DNA of 64,000 nucleotides from Fidelibacterota bacterium (GTDB lineage Bacteria; Pseudomonadota; Alphaproteobacteria; Rhodospirillales; Rhodospirillaceae): NCBI GenBank assembly GCA_945903705.1, contig CAMDOZ010000003.1, positions 642 to 64,641 of the forward strand, read 5' to 3'. Shown piece by piece: positions 55,271 to 64,000 of this stretch (position 1 is its first letter; each line of letters starts with the position of its first letter). The notes under the pieces were generated by a model. It saw only the letters and a program-made list of their open reading frames with translations, ran no database searches and was not told where the DNA came from. The position numbers and the translations under genes were made by a program.

Positions 55271-57085
55271 ATGGATATGCTTACGCAGGCAGCGGTGTTC
55301 TTCGGCGCCGCGGTTCTTGTGGTGCCCATATTCCGGCGCCTCGGCCTCGGCGCCGTACTCGGATATCTCGCCGCCGGCGCTGCAATCGGACCGTTCGGCC
55401 TTTCGCTGATCGACGACGTTGAATCGGCGGCCCATCTTGCCGAATTCGGCGTGGTGCTCCTGCTCTTCATCATCGGCCTTGAGCTCAATCCGACGCGCCT
55501 GTGGACCATGCGCAGCCTAGTGTTCGGTCTCGGCGGGGCGCAGGTCGTGGCGACCGGCGCGGTGCTGGCTGTGGCAGGCGCGTACTTCGGCCTCGGCCTG
55601 GGAGCCGCCGTCATCGTCGGACTGGCACTCGCCCTGTCTTCGACGGCGTTCGTCCTGCAGACCCTTGCCGAACGCGACGAGCTGAAAGGCCGGTACGGCC
55701 GCGCGGCTTTCGCGGTCCTTCTTTTTCAGGACATCGCCGCCATCCCGCTTCTGGCGGCCGTTCCGTTCTTCGCGCCCACGAGCGCCGAAACCGATACCGC
55801 GACGGTCGTCCTCGGAGCCGCGAGGGTCGCAGCCGTTCTCGTAGCGGTGATTGTCGGCGGTCACTTTCTTCTGCGTCCGGTTCTACGCATCGTCGCCGGC
55901 ACGCGAATCCCAGAGCTTTTCACCGCAACAGCCTTGCTGATCGTCAGCGGCACAGCCTTGCTGATGAATGCCGTGGGCATTTCGATGGCGCTGGGAGCAT
56001 TCATCGCCGGCGTTCTGCTGGCGAACACCGAATACCGCCACCAGCTCGAAGCCGATATCGAGCCGTTCAAGGGGCTTCTGCTGGGACTCTTCTTCATGTC
56101 GGTCGGCATGGGCCTCAACCTCGGCCTGATTCGAGAGAGCCCGAACGACATCGCGCTGCTGGTTGCGGGACTCATGGCGGCAAAGGGCCTGGTGCTTTTC
56201 GTCCTGGCGCGCCTGTGGACCCTGAACAAGTCCGCTGCCAAGGATTTCGCGCTCGCCCTGCCTCAGGGCGGTGAATTCGCCTTCGTCATCTTCACGGCAG
56301 CAGCCGCGGCCGGGCTTCTTATCCGCGAAGTCCACGACCTTCTGGTCCTGGTGGTGAGCCTTTCCATTGGGGCGACGCCGCTTGCGCGCCTTGGCCACGA
56401 CTGGCTGACCCGCGGCCTCGTCCCGCCTCGCGATCCCGACTACAACGTGGCGCCGCTCGTCGATCACCCTGTGATCATCGCCGGCTTTGGACGTTTCGGT
56501 CAGATCACCGGCCGCGTGCTGGCGGCGAAGCAGATACCTTTCATCGCTCTCGACGCCAGTGCCGAACAGGTGGACTTCGTGAAGCGCTTCGGCAACGAGA
56601 TCTACTATGGCGACGCCTCGCGGCTCGAACTCCTGCGTGCAGCGCGTGCGGAGAGCGCGAAGATCTTCGTGCTGGCCATAGATGACGTCGACGCCTCGCT
56701 GCGCACCGCCGAAACCGTGACGCGCCATTTCCCGCACTTGCAGATCTATGCGCGCGCGCGAAATCGCCAACACGCGCACCGGCTGATGGACTTGGGCGTG
56801 CGGGTCCTTAGACGCGAGACGTTCCTCTCGTCCCTCGACTTGACGCGCGAAGTCCTGCGGGGCCTGGGCATGAGCGCGAAGGATGCAGAGAGCACCGTGA
56901 AGACGTTCCAGGAACACGACGAACGGCGGCTCCAGGAGCACCACACGCACTACACCGATCAGGAGAAGATGCGGAGTTTGGCGAAGGCTTCGGCACAAGA
57001 ACTCGAGGAGCTGTTCATGCGTGACGCCGCCGACCAGGCTATCGCGGAGGGCGCGGCCTCTCCCACCTCACAGCGAGCGGCTTGA
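55271..57085 (+). CDS. kefB: CPA2-family glutathione-regulated K+ efflux protein (KefB/KefC type) with a C-terminal RCK/TrkA-N domain
   Basis: About 12 TM segments. Rossmann motif VIIAGFGRFGQITGRVL. Confidence 0.9.
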   Translation: MDMLTQAAVFFGAAVLVVPIFRRLGLGAVLGYLAAGAAIGPFGLSLIDDVESAAHLAEFGVVLLLFIIGLELNPTRLWTMRSLVFGLGGAQVVATGAVLAVAGAYFGLGLGAAVIVGLALALSSTAFVLQTLAERDELKGRYGRAAFAVLLFQDIAAIPLLAAVPFFAPTSAETDTATVVLGAARVAAVLVAVIVGGHFLLRPVLRIVAGTRIPELFTATALLIVSGTALLMNAVGISMALGAFIAGVLLANTEYRHQLEADIEPFKGLLLGLFFMSVGMGLNLGLIRESPNDIALLVAGLMAAKGLVLFVLARLWTLNKSAAKDFALALPQGGEFAFVIFTAAAAAGLLIREVHDLLVLVVSLSIGATPLARLGHDWLTRGLVPPRDPDYNVAPLVDHPVIIAGFGRFGQITGRVLAAKQIPFIALDASAEQVDFVKRFGNEIYYGDASRLELLRAARAESAKIFVLAIDDVDASLRTAETVTRHFPHLQIYARARNRQHAHRLMDLGVRVLRRETFLSSLDLTREVLRGLGMSAKDAESTVKTFQEHDERRLQEHHTHYTDQEKMRSLAKASAQELEELFMRDAADQAIAEGAASPTSQRAA

Positions 57086-57232
57086 GGAGAGAAATTTGCC
57101 CTCCGCCGCGGTGGTGGGCGGAAAATCCTCTCGCCGGAGTCCTGTTGTCACGCCGGGTCTGCTTGACTAGGCCGAGAAGATTGCCTACGGCCTCTGGCAC
57201 CGTCTTTACGTCCCTCACGGAAGCGAGCCTCC

Positions 57233-59035
57233 ATGACCGAGTCCCTTAACTATAGCGACGATTTCCTCCGCTCGATCCTTCAGAAAGTTCGCACTATTGC
57301 GATGGTCGGCGCTTCGTCGCATTGGAACCGGCCCAGCTACTTCGTGGCAAAATACCTGAAGGCCAAAGGCTACCGCGTCATTCCGGTCAATCCGCAGACC
57401 GCCGGCCAGGACCTCCTGGGCGAGAAGGTCTACGCCTCGCTGAGGGACATCCCGGACAAGGTCGACATGGTCGACGTCTTCCGCGCCGCGGAATTCGCAC
57501 CCGGCATCGTCGACGACGCCATCGCCATCGGAGCAAAGGTGGTGTGGATGCAGCTCGGTGTGCGCAACGACGAGGCCGCGAAGAAGGGCGAAGCGGCCGG
57601 CCTCACCGTCATCATGAACCGCTGTCCCAAGATCGAATTCAGCCGGCTCGCCGGCGAGCTGTCTTGGAGCGGGGTGAACTCGCGCCTGATCTCGAACCGC
57701 CCGCCCGCCGCACCGACCGCGGGCGCCACTCGCGGCGCCCCGCGTCCTGTGGCGTCGGGCGACTACGGCTTCGAGACCCGGGCGGTGCACGCCGGCGCGA
57801 TGCCCGATCCCGTGACGGGCGCCCGGATTACGCCCATCTATCAAACGACGTCATTTGTGTTCAAAGACGTCGATCATGCGGCTTCGCTCTTCAACCTTCA
57901 TGACTTCGGCTATCTGTATACCCGCGTTGCCAATCCGACGGTGTCGGTTCTGGAGGAACGCCTCGCGAGCCTTGAAGGCGGCCGCGCCGCCGTGGCGACG
58001 GCCTCGGGCCATGCAGCGCAATTCATCACCTTCTTTACGTTGATGTCGCCGGGCGACGAGTTTGTCGCTTCGCGCAATTTGTACGGCGGGTCCCTCACCC
58101 AGTTTGGCCTCTCGTTCAAGAAGCTCGGCTGGACCTGCCACTTCGTCGATCCCACCGATCCGGAGAATTTCAAGAAGGCGCTGACGCCGAAGTGCAAGGC
58201 GATCTTCATCGAAAGTCTCGCGAACCCCGGCGGCATCGTGCTCGACATCGAGGCGATCGCAAAGGTCGCGCAAGAAGCGGGCATCCCACTGATCGTTGAC
58301 AATACGCTGGCGACGCCGTTCCTGTGCCAGCCGTTCCAGCACGGCGCGGACATCGTCATCCATTCGACGACGAAATTCCTGTCCGGCCACGGCAACGCGC
58401 TGGGCGGCATGCTGATTGAATCGGGCCGCTTCGACTGGTCGCAAGGCAACCGGTTCCCATCGCTGACGGATCCCGAGCCTGCCTATCATGGCCTTAAATT
58501 CTACGAGAACTTCGGCGACTTCGCCTTCACCACCAAGGCACGCGCGGTAGCGTTGCGCGATTTCGGGCCCGCCCAAGCGCCCATGAATGCTTTCCTGACG
58601 ATTATGGGGATCGAGACCCTGGCGCTCCGCATGGAGCGTCATGTCAAGAACGCGCAAGCCGTCGCTGAATTTCTGGAGAAGCATCCGAAGGTCGCGTGGG
58701 TGTCCTACGCGGGCCTTCCCGGCAGTAAGTACCGCGCCCTTGCACAGAAATATCTGCCCCGGGGAGCCGGTGCAGTGTTGACCTTCGGCCTCAAGGGCGG
58801 GTTCGAAGCGGGCTGTAAGTTCGTGGAATCCGTGCGTCTGTTCTCACACCTCGCCAATATCGGCGACACGCGCAGCCTGATCTTGCATCCGGCCTCGACC
58901 ACGCACCGCCAGCTTACAGCCGAGCAGCAGATCGCCGCCGGCGCGGGCCCGGATGTCGTGCGCCTGTCTGTGGGGATTGAGAGCGCGGACGATTTGGTGG
59001 GCGACTTGGACCAGGCGCTCGCACAGATTGCCTGA
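57233..59035 (+). CDS. metY: Fusion of an N-terminal CoA-binding (YccU-like) domain to O-acetylhomoserine sulfhydrylase (MetY)
   Basis: Residues 1-150: IAMVGASSHWNRPSYFVAKYLKAKGYRVIPVNP (CoA-binding fold). Pro/Ala linker at about 155-176. Residues about 178-600: GFETRAVHAG, PLP-lysine context STTKFLSGHG, HPASTTHRQL. Confidence 0.9.
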   Translation: MTESLNYSDDFLRSILQKVRTIAMVGASSHWNRPSYFVAKYLKAKGYRVIPVNPQTAGQDLLGEKVYASLRDIPDKVDMVDVFRAAEFAPGIVDDAIAIGAKVVWMQLGVRNDEAAKKGEAAGLTVIMNRCPKIEFSRLAGELSWSGVNSRLISNRPPAAPTAGATRGAPRPVASGDYGFETRAVHAGAMPDPVTGARITPIYQTTSFVFKDVDHAASLFNLHDFGYLYTRVANPTVSVLEERLASLEGGRAAVATASGHAAQFITFFTLMSPGDEFVASRNLYGGSLTQFGLSFKKLGWTCHFVDPTDPENFKKALTPKCKAIFIESLANPGGIVLDIEAIAKVAQEAGIPLIVDNTLATPFLCQPFQHGADIVIHSTTKFLSGHGNALGGMLIESGRFDWSQGNRFPSLTDPEPAYHGLKFYENFGDFAFTTKARAVALRDFGPAQAPMNAFLTIMGIETLALRMERHVKNAQAVAEFLEKHPKVAWVSYAGLPGSKYRALAQKYLPRGAGAVLTFGLKGGFEAGCKFVESVRLFSHLANIGDTRSLILHPASTTHRQLTAEQQIAAGAGPDVVRLSVGIESADDLVGDLDQALAQIA

Positions 59036-59063
59036 GGACCTGCGCCGAGGTGTCGGCAGACGT

Positions 59064-59441
59064 TTATCCCCGCGCGAGCGCCCGATGCAAGGCCATTTCA
59101 AGCTGATCAAGGGTCAGCGGCTTCTGTAGGACTTCGCAGTCGGCCCACTCCGTGCCGAGGCCGTCACGGCCGTAGCCGGTGATGAAAAGGACGGGCACGC
59201 GATCCTTGGTTAGCTTCTGCGCGAGCGGGAAGACGGCCTTGCCCGCAATGTTGACATCCAATACCGCGAGGTCGGGCCTGCGTTCCGCGGCGAGGGCAAG
59301 GGCGGTGTCTAGCCGGCTTGCAGGGCGTACGTTGCCTGCGCCCAGTTCATGCAGCATGTCCTCGAGCAGGAGCGATACCATGCTCTCGTCCTCGACCAGC
59401 AGCACATCAAGGCCGGCCAACGACGGCGATGGAACTGTCAC
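59064..59441 (-). CDS. Single-domain response regulator (receiver only)
   Basis: VLLVEDE...DLAVLDVNI...K context of a CheY-like receiver. GTG 59441 chosen so it does not overlap the kinase stop at 59455. Confidence 0.82.
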   Translation of the reverse strand: MTVPSPSLAGLDVLLVEDESMVSLLLEDMLHELGAGNVRPASRLDTALALAAERRPDLAVLDVNIAGKAVFPLAQKLTKDRVPVLFITGYGRDGLGTEWADCEVLQKPLTLDQLEMALHRALARG

Positions 59442-59454
59442 GCCCAGCCTTATC

Positions 59455-61014
59455 CTAAAGCGGAATTTCGATGGAGCACGTGAAGCCTTCGGCCGGGTAG
59501 GCCGACGTGTAGACGCCCTTGAGTTCACCGCTCACCGCGCGTTCGATGAAGCGCGTGCCATATCCGAATTTGGCGGGCGGTTCGGCCGCCGGGCCGCCGG
59601 TCTCCCGCCACTCCAGCCGAAGACGATCCGGCGCCATCAAGGACCACCTCAGGTTCAGGTGCCCCGCGCCGGCCGAAAGCGCGCCGTATTTGACCGCATT
59701 GGTCGCGAGCTCGTTCAGAACCATGGCAAGGGGAATGGCGAGACGCGGCGCGAGGATCACTTCGGGGCCTTCGAACCGCACGCGCTCCCGCGTGCCGTAG
59801 GGCTCGATGACTGCCTTGGCGAGATCGTGCAAACTTGCGCTCTCCCAATTCTGGCTGCTGAGGATGTTGTGCGCGCTGGAAAGCGCAAGGAGCCGCGACT
59901 CCGCCGCCCTGCGGTAGGCCGAATTTTCCGGCAGCTCCGGCAGACCACGCGCCACAATGCCTTGCACCGCGCTCAGCGTGTTCTTTACGCGATGATTGAG
60001 CTCGTTCATCAGGAGGGACCGATGCCCCTCCGCACGGACGAGCTGAGTGGCGAGATGACTTGCGAATACCAGGCCCACCAACAAAAGCGCCGCGCCGATG
60101 GCGGCGGCCAGAAAAAGTGAATCGCGAGAACTCCGATCCAGCGTTTCGATCGGCATGCCGATGGCGACCGTCCAACCCGACTCCTCGGAACGCGAGAACG
60201 CGGCGACGGTCGGCGCCCCTTCAATCGAGGTCAGATGAACAATGCGATTGTTGCCTCCGGCAAACGCGGCCTTCGCCGCTGGGCCGGCCTGCCGAAGTCC
60301 GCTATCGGGCAATATCGGTAAGCGGGCAACGTGATGAGTCTCGCGGTCGTAAAGGCTGACGACCCAGCCTTCCGGCAAACTAAGGCGTCGCAATATCTCG
60401 AGATAATTCTCGCGCGGCGGGCTATACCCGACGACGTAAGCGATTTCATCGTCACGCATGACGGGGACATTCACGGTGAACGTCACGCTCGAGGTCACGC
60501 CGCCTAAATATATGTCCGAAACCGCCGGGCGTTTGGTTTTCAGGACTTCATAAAATGCGGCGCGGTTCGTCCACGGCTTCAGATTGTCGCGCACCTGCGT
60601 ATTGAACACCTGGTTGCCCTGAGCGTCACTGATGCCAATGACGTAACCTTTTCTCACCTGAATGAAGCGCTCGGCATCGTCGCGGAACTCCTCGAACTCG
60701 CCTTCAACGAGTTCCGGCTCCAAGGACAGCACTTGAAGCGCGCTGATTTGATTCTGGAGCTCGCGATCGACCGCGGCCATCGTACTCATGGCGGTTTGCA
60801 AGACGCGCTCGCCCGCTTCCTCGCGGGCACGGACATAGCCGCTGAATACGATGAACCCCGCCAGCAACAAGACCGGAAGGACCGTACCTGCGACCAAGAG
60901 CGCCAGACGAAGATGCAAGGAACCCGGCCGCGAGCCGGGCATCGGCACAAATCCGACCGTACGCGGCTTCGCGCGAGCTGCAGCTTCAGAACCTACGTCA
61001 CGATAGGTGTCCAT
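59455..61014 (-). CDS. HWE/HisKA_2-family sensor histidine kinase with two TM segments flanking a periplasmic sensor domain
   Basis: H-box ELNHRVKNTLSAVQGIV. HWE-type ATPase region ending WRETGGP...GYGTRFIE. About 270-aa extracytoplasmic domain between the TM segments. The start could be 61059. Confidence 0.86.
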   Translation of the reverse strand: MDTYRDVGSEAAARAKPRTVGFVPMPGSRPGSLHLRLALLVAGTVLPVLLLAGFIVFSGYVRAREEAGERVLQTAMSTMAAVDRELQNQISALQVLSLEPELVEGEFEEFRDDAERFIQVRKGYVIGISDAQGNQVFNTQVRDNLKPWTNRAAFYEVLKTKRPAVSDIYLGGVTSSVTFTVNVPVMRDDEIAYVVGYSPPRENYLEILRRLSLPEGWVVSLYDRETHHVARLPILPDSGLRQAGPAAKAAFAGGNNRIVHLTSIEGAPTVAAFSRSEESGWTVAIGMPIETLDRSSRDSLFLAAAIGAALLLVGLVFASHLATQLVRAEGHRSLLMNELNHRVKNTLSAVQGIVARGLPELPENSAYRRAAESRLLALSSAHNILSSQNWESASLHDLAKAVIEPYGTRERVRFEGPEVILAPRLAIPLAMVLNELATNAVKYGALSAGAGHLNLRWSLMAPDRLRLEWRETGGPAAEPPAKFGYGTRFIERAVSGELKGVYTSAYPAEGFTCSIEIPL

Positions 61015-61164
61015 AGACGCCAGCCGGGATAGGCCTCCCTCGTGCGCCGGGTGGCGCACGCCTTCTCCACCTTTAATTGTTATCGTTGCGGCCGGCCGAA
61101 GTCCACCGGCATTGGGCGCGCATGGGAGCCGCCCGGCAGAGGAAAAGGTAGGAAGGGCCGCCCT

Positions 61165-61560
61165 TTACGGCGCCGCGGCGCCGACGGCTGCCGCCTTCGC
61201 TTTCAGGACCGCAGTCAGGCTTCGTTGGAGTGAGGTCGTCGTATAGGGCTTGGTGACGCAGACACCGGCCTCGTAGCCATCCATCTGGCGGGCGAGAAGA
61301 TTGTATCCCGTACCGAACACTACCGGCGTACCGCGCTCGAGAAGCTGGTCCGCCAGCGGAAAGCTTTTGCGGCCGTTCAAGTTGACGTCGAGGATGGCGA
61401 GATCGAACTTCTGTTCGGCGACGACTTTCTGGGCGCTCTCGAACGTGCTTGCGACCGTAACCGACGCGGCTCCGAGTTCGCGCAGCATTTCCTCGGCATC
61501 GAGGGCAATGAGGAACTCGTCTTCCACCAGGAGCACATTGAGACCGGCAAGTGTTTTCAT
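61165..61560 (-). CDS. Single-domain response regulator (receiver only)
   Basis: LNVLLVEDEFLIALDAEEML...DLAILDVNL...TKPY. Starts 8 nt after the upstream kinase stop. Confidence 0.9.
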   Translation of the reverse strand: MKTLAGLNVLLVEDEFLIALDAEEMLRELGAASVTVASTFESAQKVVAEQKFDLAILDVNLNGRKSFPLADQLLERGTPVVFGTGYNLLARQMDGYEAGVCVTKPYTTTSLQRSLTAVLKAKAAAVGAAAP

Positions 61561-61568
61561 GAAACAAC

Positions 61569-64000
61569 CTAGAACGGAAATGTGATTTTGCAGATGACGC
61601 CCCCGGATGCGAGGGTGTGAACGCAGGCCCCGCGCAGATCGTGGGTAACCGCGTTCTTGATGAGCTTCATGCCGAAGCTTTCAGTGACGCGTGTCGACGG
61701 CAGGGCATGGTCGACTTTTTCGATCCACTCGAGCGTCAGCTCGCGGCCCGTGGAGTCGACTTGCACCCTCCACTTGATTTCCAGCGCGCCTCCATTCTTG
61801 GACAAGGCGCCATACTTGGCCGCGTTCGTGGCAAGTTCGTGCAGCGTCAAAGTCAATGCGAGCGCGTGCTTGGGGGGCAGGTCGATTGGGGGCCCATGGA
61901 GCGTGATGCGATCGGACTGGCCGAACGGTGAGAGCTCGGTTTCGAGGATGTTGCGCAAGGAGGCGCCCTGCCAGTCGCACGCGGTCAGAAGATCGTGGGT
62001 CGCCGCGAGTGCGCCGATGCGGCTCTTCAAGGTTTCAGCGAGCTCGGTGCGGTCGGACTTCGTACTGACCGTTTGATTGATGATCGAGTTAACGGTCGCC
62101 AGCGTATTTTTGACCCGATGCTGGAGCTCGTCCATGAGCCGGCGCATTTCCTTTTCGAGACGGCGCAGCTCGGTTACGTCTTTCAGAATGAGGCCGACGG
62201 CCGTGACGCGTCCATCTTCTTCGTAAGGATATACGTCGATCAGGAAGTCCCGCACCACGCCCGGCGCGATCTTGATGGTCGCTTCGAGGTTCACGACCTC
62301 ACGGCCGCGCTCGAACACGTCGGTCATGGCACTGTCCAGCTTACCGAAGAGTTCGGACGTCATATCCTTCAGGTTGCGGCCGACGTGGTCCTCGATCCGC
62401 TGCTCGTTCAAGTCGGCGAAATGCTGATTGATCTTCAGGTAGCGCCGGTTGCGATCGATAAGCGCCATGCCGACGGGCGCGGTCTTGTACAACGTCTCAA
62501 TTTCGCTCGAGCGTTGGCGGGCGAGTCCTACGTTCCGGGCGAGTTCGGCCTGCGCCTGGCGGATTTTGCTCACGTCGCCGAAGACGATGACAACACCGTC
62601 GATGGATTCGTCCACGGCCCGGTAGGGCAGCACGCGGACGACGTAGCTTTCGTTGGTTTCCTCGACGGTGATCTCGTTCTCGACGGACTCACCCGTTTCA
62701 AGAACCTGCCGCGCCCACTCGTCGAACGGTTGGCCGGCGGGAGAGACCAGGTCGGAAAGGGGGCGGCCCTTGTCCTGCTCCTGGAATCGGAACAGCGACT
62801 TCGTGGCCGGAGTGAAACTACGAATGCGCAGCTTGCTGTCGAGGAAGACCGTCGGAATCTGGGTGCTTTCGATGAAATTCTCCAGGTCCGCATTCAACCG
62901 GGCGAGCTGATCGACCTTGTTCTTGAGTTCCTCGTTGACGGTCGCGAGTTCCTCGTTGGTCGACTGCAGCTCCTCATTCATCGACATCATTTCTTCGTTG
63001 GTGCTCTTGAGTTCCTCGTTGGAGGTCTCGAGCTCCTCGACGGTCGTGCGCAGCCTTACCCGGGTTTCATCCAACTCATCTTCAAGCTGCTTGATACTGT
63101 CTTCATCGACATTGTGCGGCGCATTGTCATCGCTCTCGTCCGCGCTCTCGACGGCGGGCGCAGCCTCCTGGAATATCAGGAGCACTTCGTCCTTACTGAG
63201 CGGATGTGCCGCAAGGTTGATGAGAAGAAGATCCGCATCGTCGTCCATGCTGATATTGCGGCGGATGGTACGCTTGCCCGTGCGGCGCACGGCATCGAGC
63301 ACGGAGCGGATCGGCGAGCGCAAGCCTCGTTTTGCAAGGTCGGTGATGCGCGCCGACGGCGCGCCTTCCGCCAGTTCAAGGTACCGCCCGGTGCGTGTCG
63401 AGGATCTCACGACGTCGTTAAGCGAATTCACCACCACGTGCGCCGGCGCGTAATACTCCATAACCGCGCGAGTCATCGTGTCCGTGCGATCTGTCGGCGT
63501 GCTTTGCCCGCTCCGCTCGATTTCGGAGGCGGTATGCGCAAGGACGTCCACCGCCAGCGGCATATGCACCGACTGACGCATGCCGCCCTTGCGTTTGAAC
63601 ACGCGCGCCGCGGCGTCGGCCGCGTCGAACAGATCAGTGCGGCTGGCAATGTTCTCCGCCGAGCCGAGAAACAGGAAGCCACCCCCGCGCAGCGCATAGT
63701 GGAAGACGGGAATGAGCCGCTGCTGCAGTGAGGGGTTGAGGTAGATCAGGAGATTACGGCAGACGACCATGTCCACGCGCGAGAACGGCGGATCCTTGAT
63801 GAGATTGTGATTCGAGATACGCACCATATCCCTGATGGATTGCACCAGGGTGTAGTCATCTTCCTGCGAGTAAAAGTAGCGGTCGAGCAGTTCGACAGGC
63901 ACGTCGCAGACGGCCGAATGTGGATACCTCGCCGCGCGCGCCTTGTGCAGCATAGGCTCGTCGATATCGGTGGCAAAGATCTGCACCCGGGGACGGACGT
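61569..64000 (-). CDS. CheR methyltransferase-coiled coil-PAS-HWE histidine kinase fusion protein; N-terminus outside the window
   Basis: The frame stays open to base 64000. CheR SAM-domain motifs: VQIFATDIDE, VVCRNLLIYL. Long acidic coiled coil (EELETSNEELKSTNEEMMSMNEELQSTNEEL), two PAS-like segments, H-box ELQHRVKNTLATVNSII. Confidence 0.9.
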   Translation of the reverse strand, partial: VRPRVQIFATDIDEPMLHKARAARYPHSAVCDVPVELLDRYFYSQEDDYTLVQSIRDMVRISNHNLIKDPPFSRVDMVVCRNLLIYLNPSLQQRLIPVFHYALRGGGFLFLGSAENIASRTDLFDAADAAARVFKRKGGMRQSVHMPLAVDVLAHTASEIERSGQSTPTDRTDTMTRAVMEYYAPAHVVVNSLNDVVRSSTRTGRYLELAEGAPSARITDLAKRGLRSPIRSVLDAVRRTGKRTIRRNISMDDDADLLLINLAAHPLSKDEVLLIFQEAAPAVESADESDDNAPHNVDEDSIKQLEDELDETRVRLRTTVEELETSNEELKSTNEEMMSMNEELQSTNEELATVNEELKNKVDQLARLNADLENFIESTQIPTVFLDSKLRIRSFTPATKSLFRFQEQDKGRPLSDLVSPAGQPFDEWARQVLETGESVENEITVEETNESYVVRVLPYRAVDESIDGVVIVFGDVSKIRQAQAELARNVGLARQRSSEIETLYKTAPVGMALIDRNRRYLKINQHFADLNEQRIEDHVGRNLKDMTSELFGKLDSAMTDVFERGREVVNLEATIKIAPGVVRDFLIDVYPYEEDGRVTAVGLILKDVTELRRLEKEMRRLMDELQHRVKNTLATVNSIINQTVSTKSDRTELAETLKSRIGALAATHDLLTACDWQGASLRNILETELSPFGQSDRITLHGPPIDLPPKHALALTLTLHELATNAAKYGALSKNGGALEIKWRVQVDSTGRELTLEWIEKVDHALPSTRVTESFGMKLIKNAVTHDLRGACVHTLASGGVICKITFPF

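Noticed and set aside
57086-57232. SAM-II/SAM-V-type riboswitch in the metY leader, and likewise in the about 245-nt cysE leader at 54148-54392.
   Set aside because: I could not recognise the conserved pseudoknot core sequences by eye. A covariance-model scan (Rfam RF00521, RF01826) is needed. Not reported as a feature.
1-64000. Mobile elements, prophage, CRISPR arrays, tRNA or rRNA genes.
   Set aside because: No transposase, integrase or phage-like ORFs, no spaced direct-repeat arrays, and no tRNA-like T-arm sequences were seen in intergenic regions. The only tandem repeats are coding (5311-5366 and the repeats in 36105-38486) or the short TCCGCAT array.

Overview
High-GC (roughly 62-64% by eye) chromosomal segment with alphaproteobacterial (Hyphomicrobiales-like) synteny: argD-argF-hslO, etfBA-hbd, argH-lysA-TIGR02302 and ftsEX-DUF218-plsC. 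I saw no rRNA, tRNA, CRISPR array, transposase or integrase. About 60 protein genes can be supported. The least ordinary part is the first 13.7 kb. It holds the 3' end of a GT9-like (heptosyltransferase-fold) gene and a 516-aa signal-peptide protein made mostly of Thr/Ser/Ala/Gly with a strong terminator. Next comes a tightly coupled ten-gene type II secretion operon (gspF-G-H-I-J-K-L-M-C-like-D) that has no GspE ATPase or prepilin peptidase and ends in a lipobox-bearing secretin. A Sel1-repeat protein follows, and a GmhA-family heptose isomerase sits on the far flank. I read this block as a candidate dedicated export, and possibly glycosylation, module for an S-layer-like or adhesin protein. 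This is inference, not proof. The second block of interest is a five-gene translationally coupled operon: LptF/G-family permease, PAP2 phosphatase, unknown 154-aa protein, type III polyketide synthase and ICMT-type methyltransferase. It extends the known bpsAB/srsAB phenolic-lipid pair with envelope-lipid genes. Smaller observations:
- two consensus DnaA boxes just downstream of nrdJ
- a phased TCCGCAT repeat array in a convergent intergenic region
- a CoA-binding-domain/MetY fusion
- a 793-aa zinc-ribbon/DUF3426 protein with a very long Gly/Ala/Pro/Gln repeat linker, divergent from ftsEX
- two tandem HWE-kinase/receiver pairs, one fused to CheR
- a 15-bp in-frame tandem repeat in a minor pseudopilin

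All functional calls come from reading motifs in the supplied translations. No database search was run.
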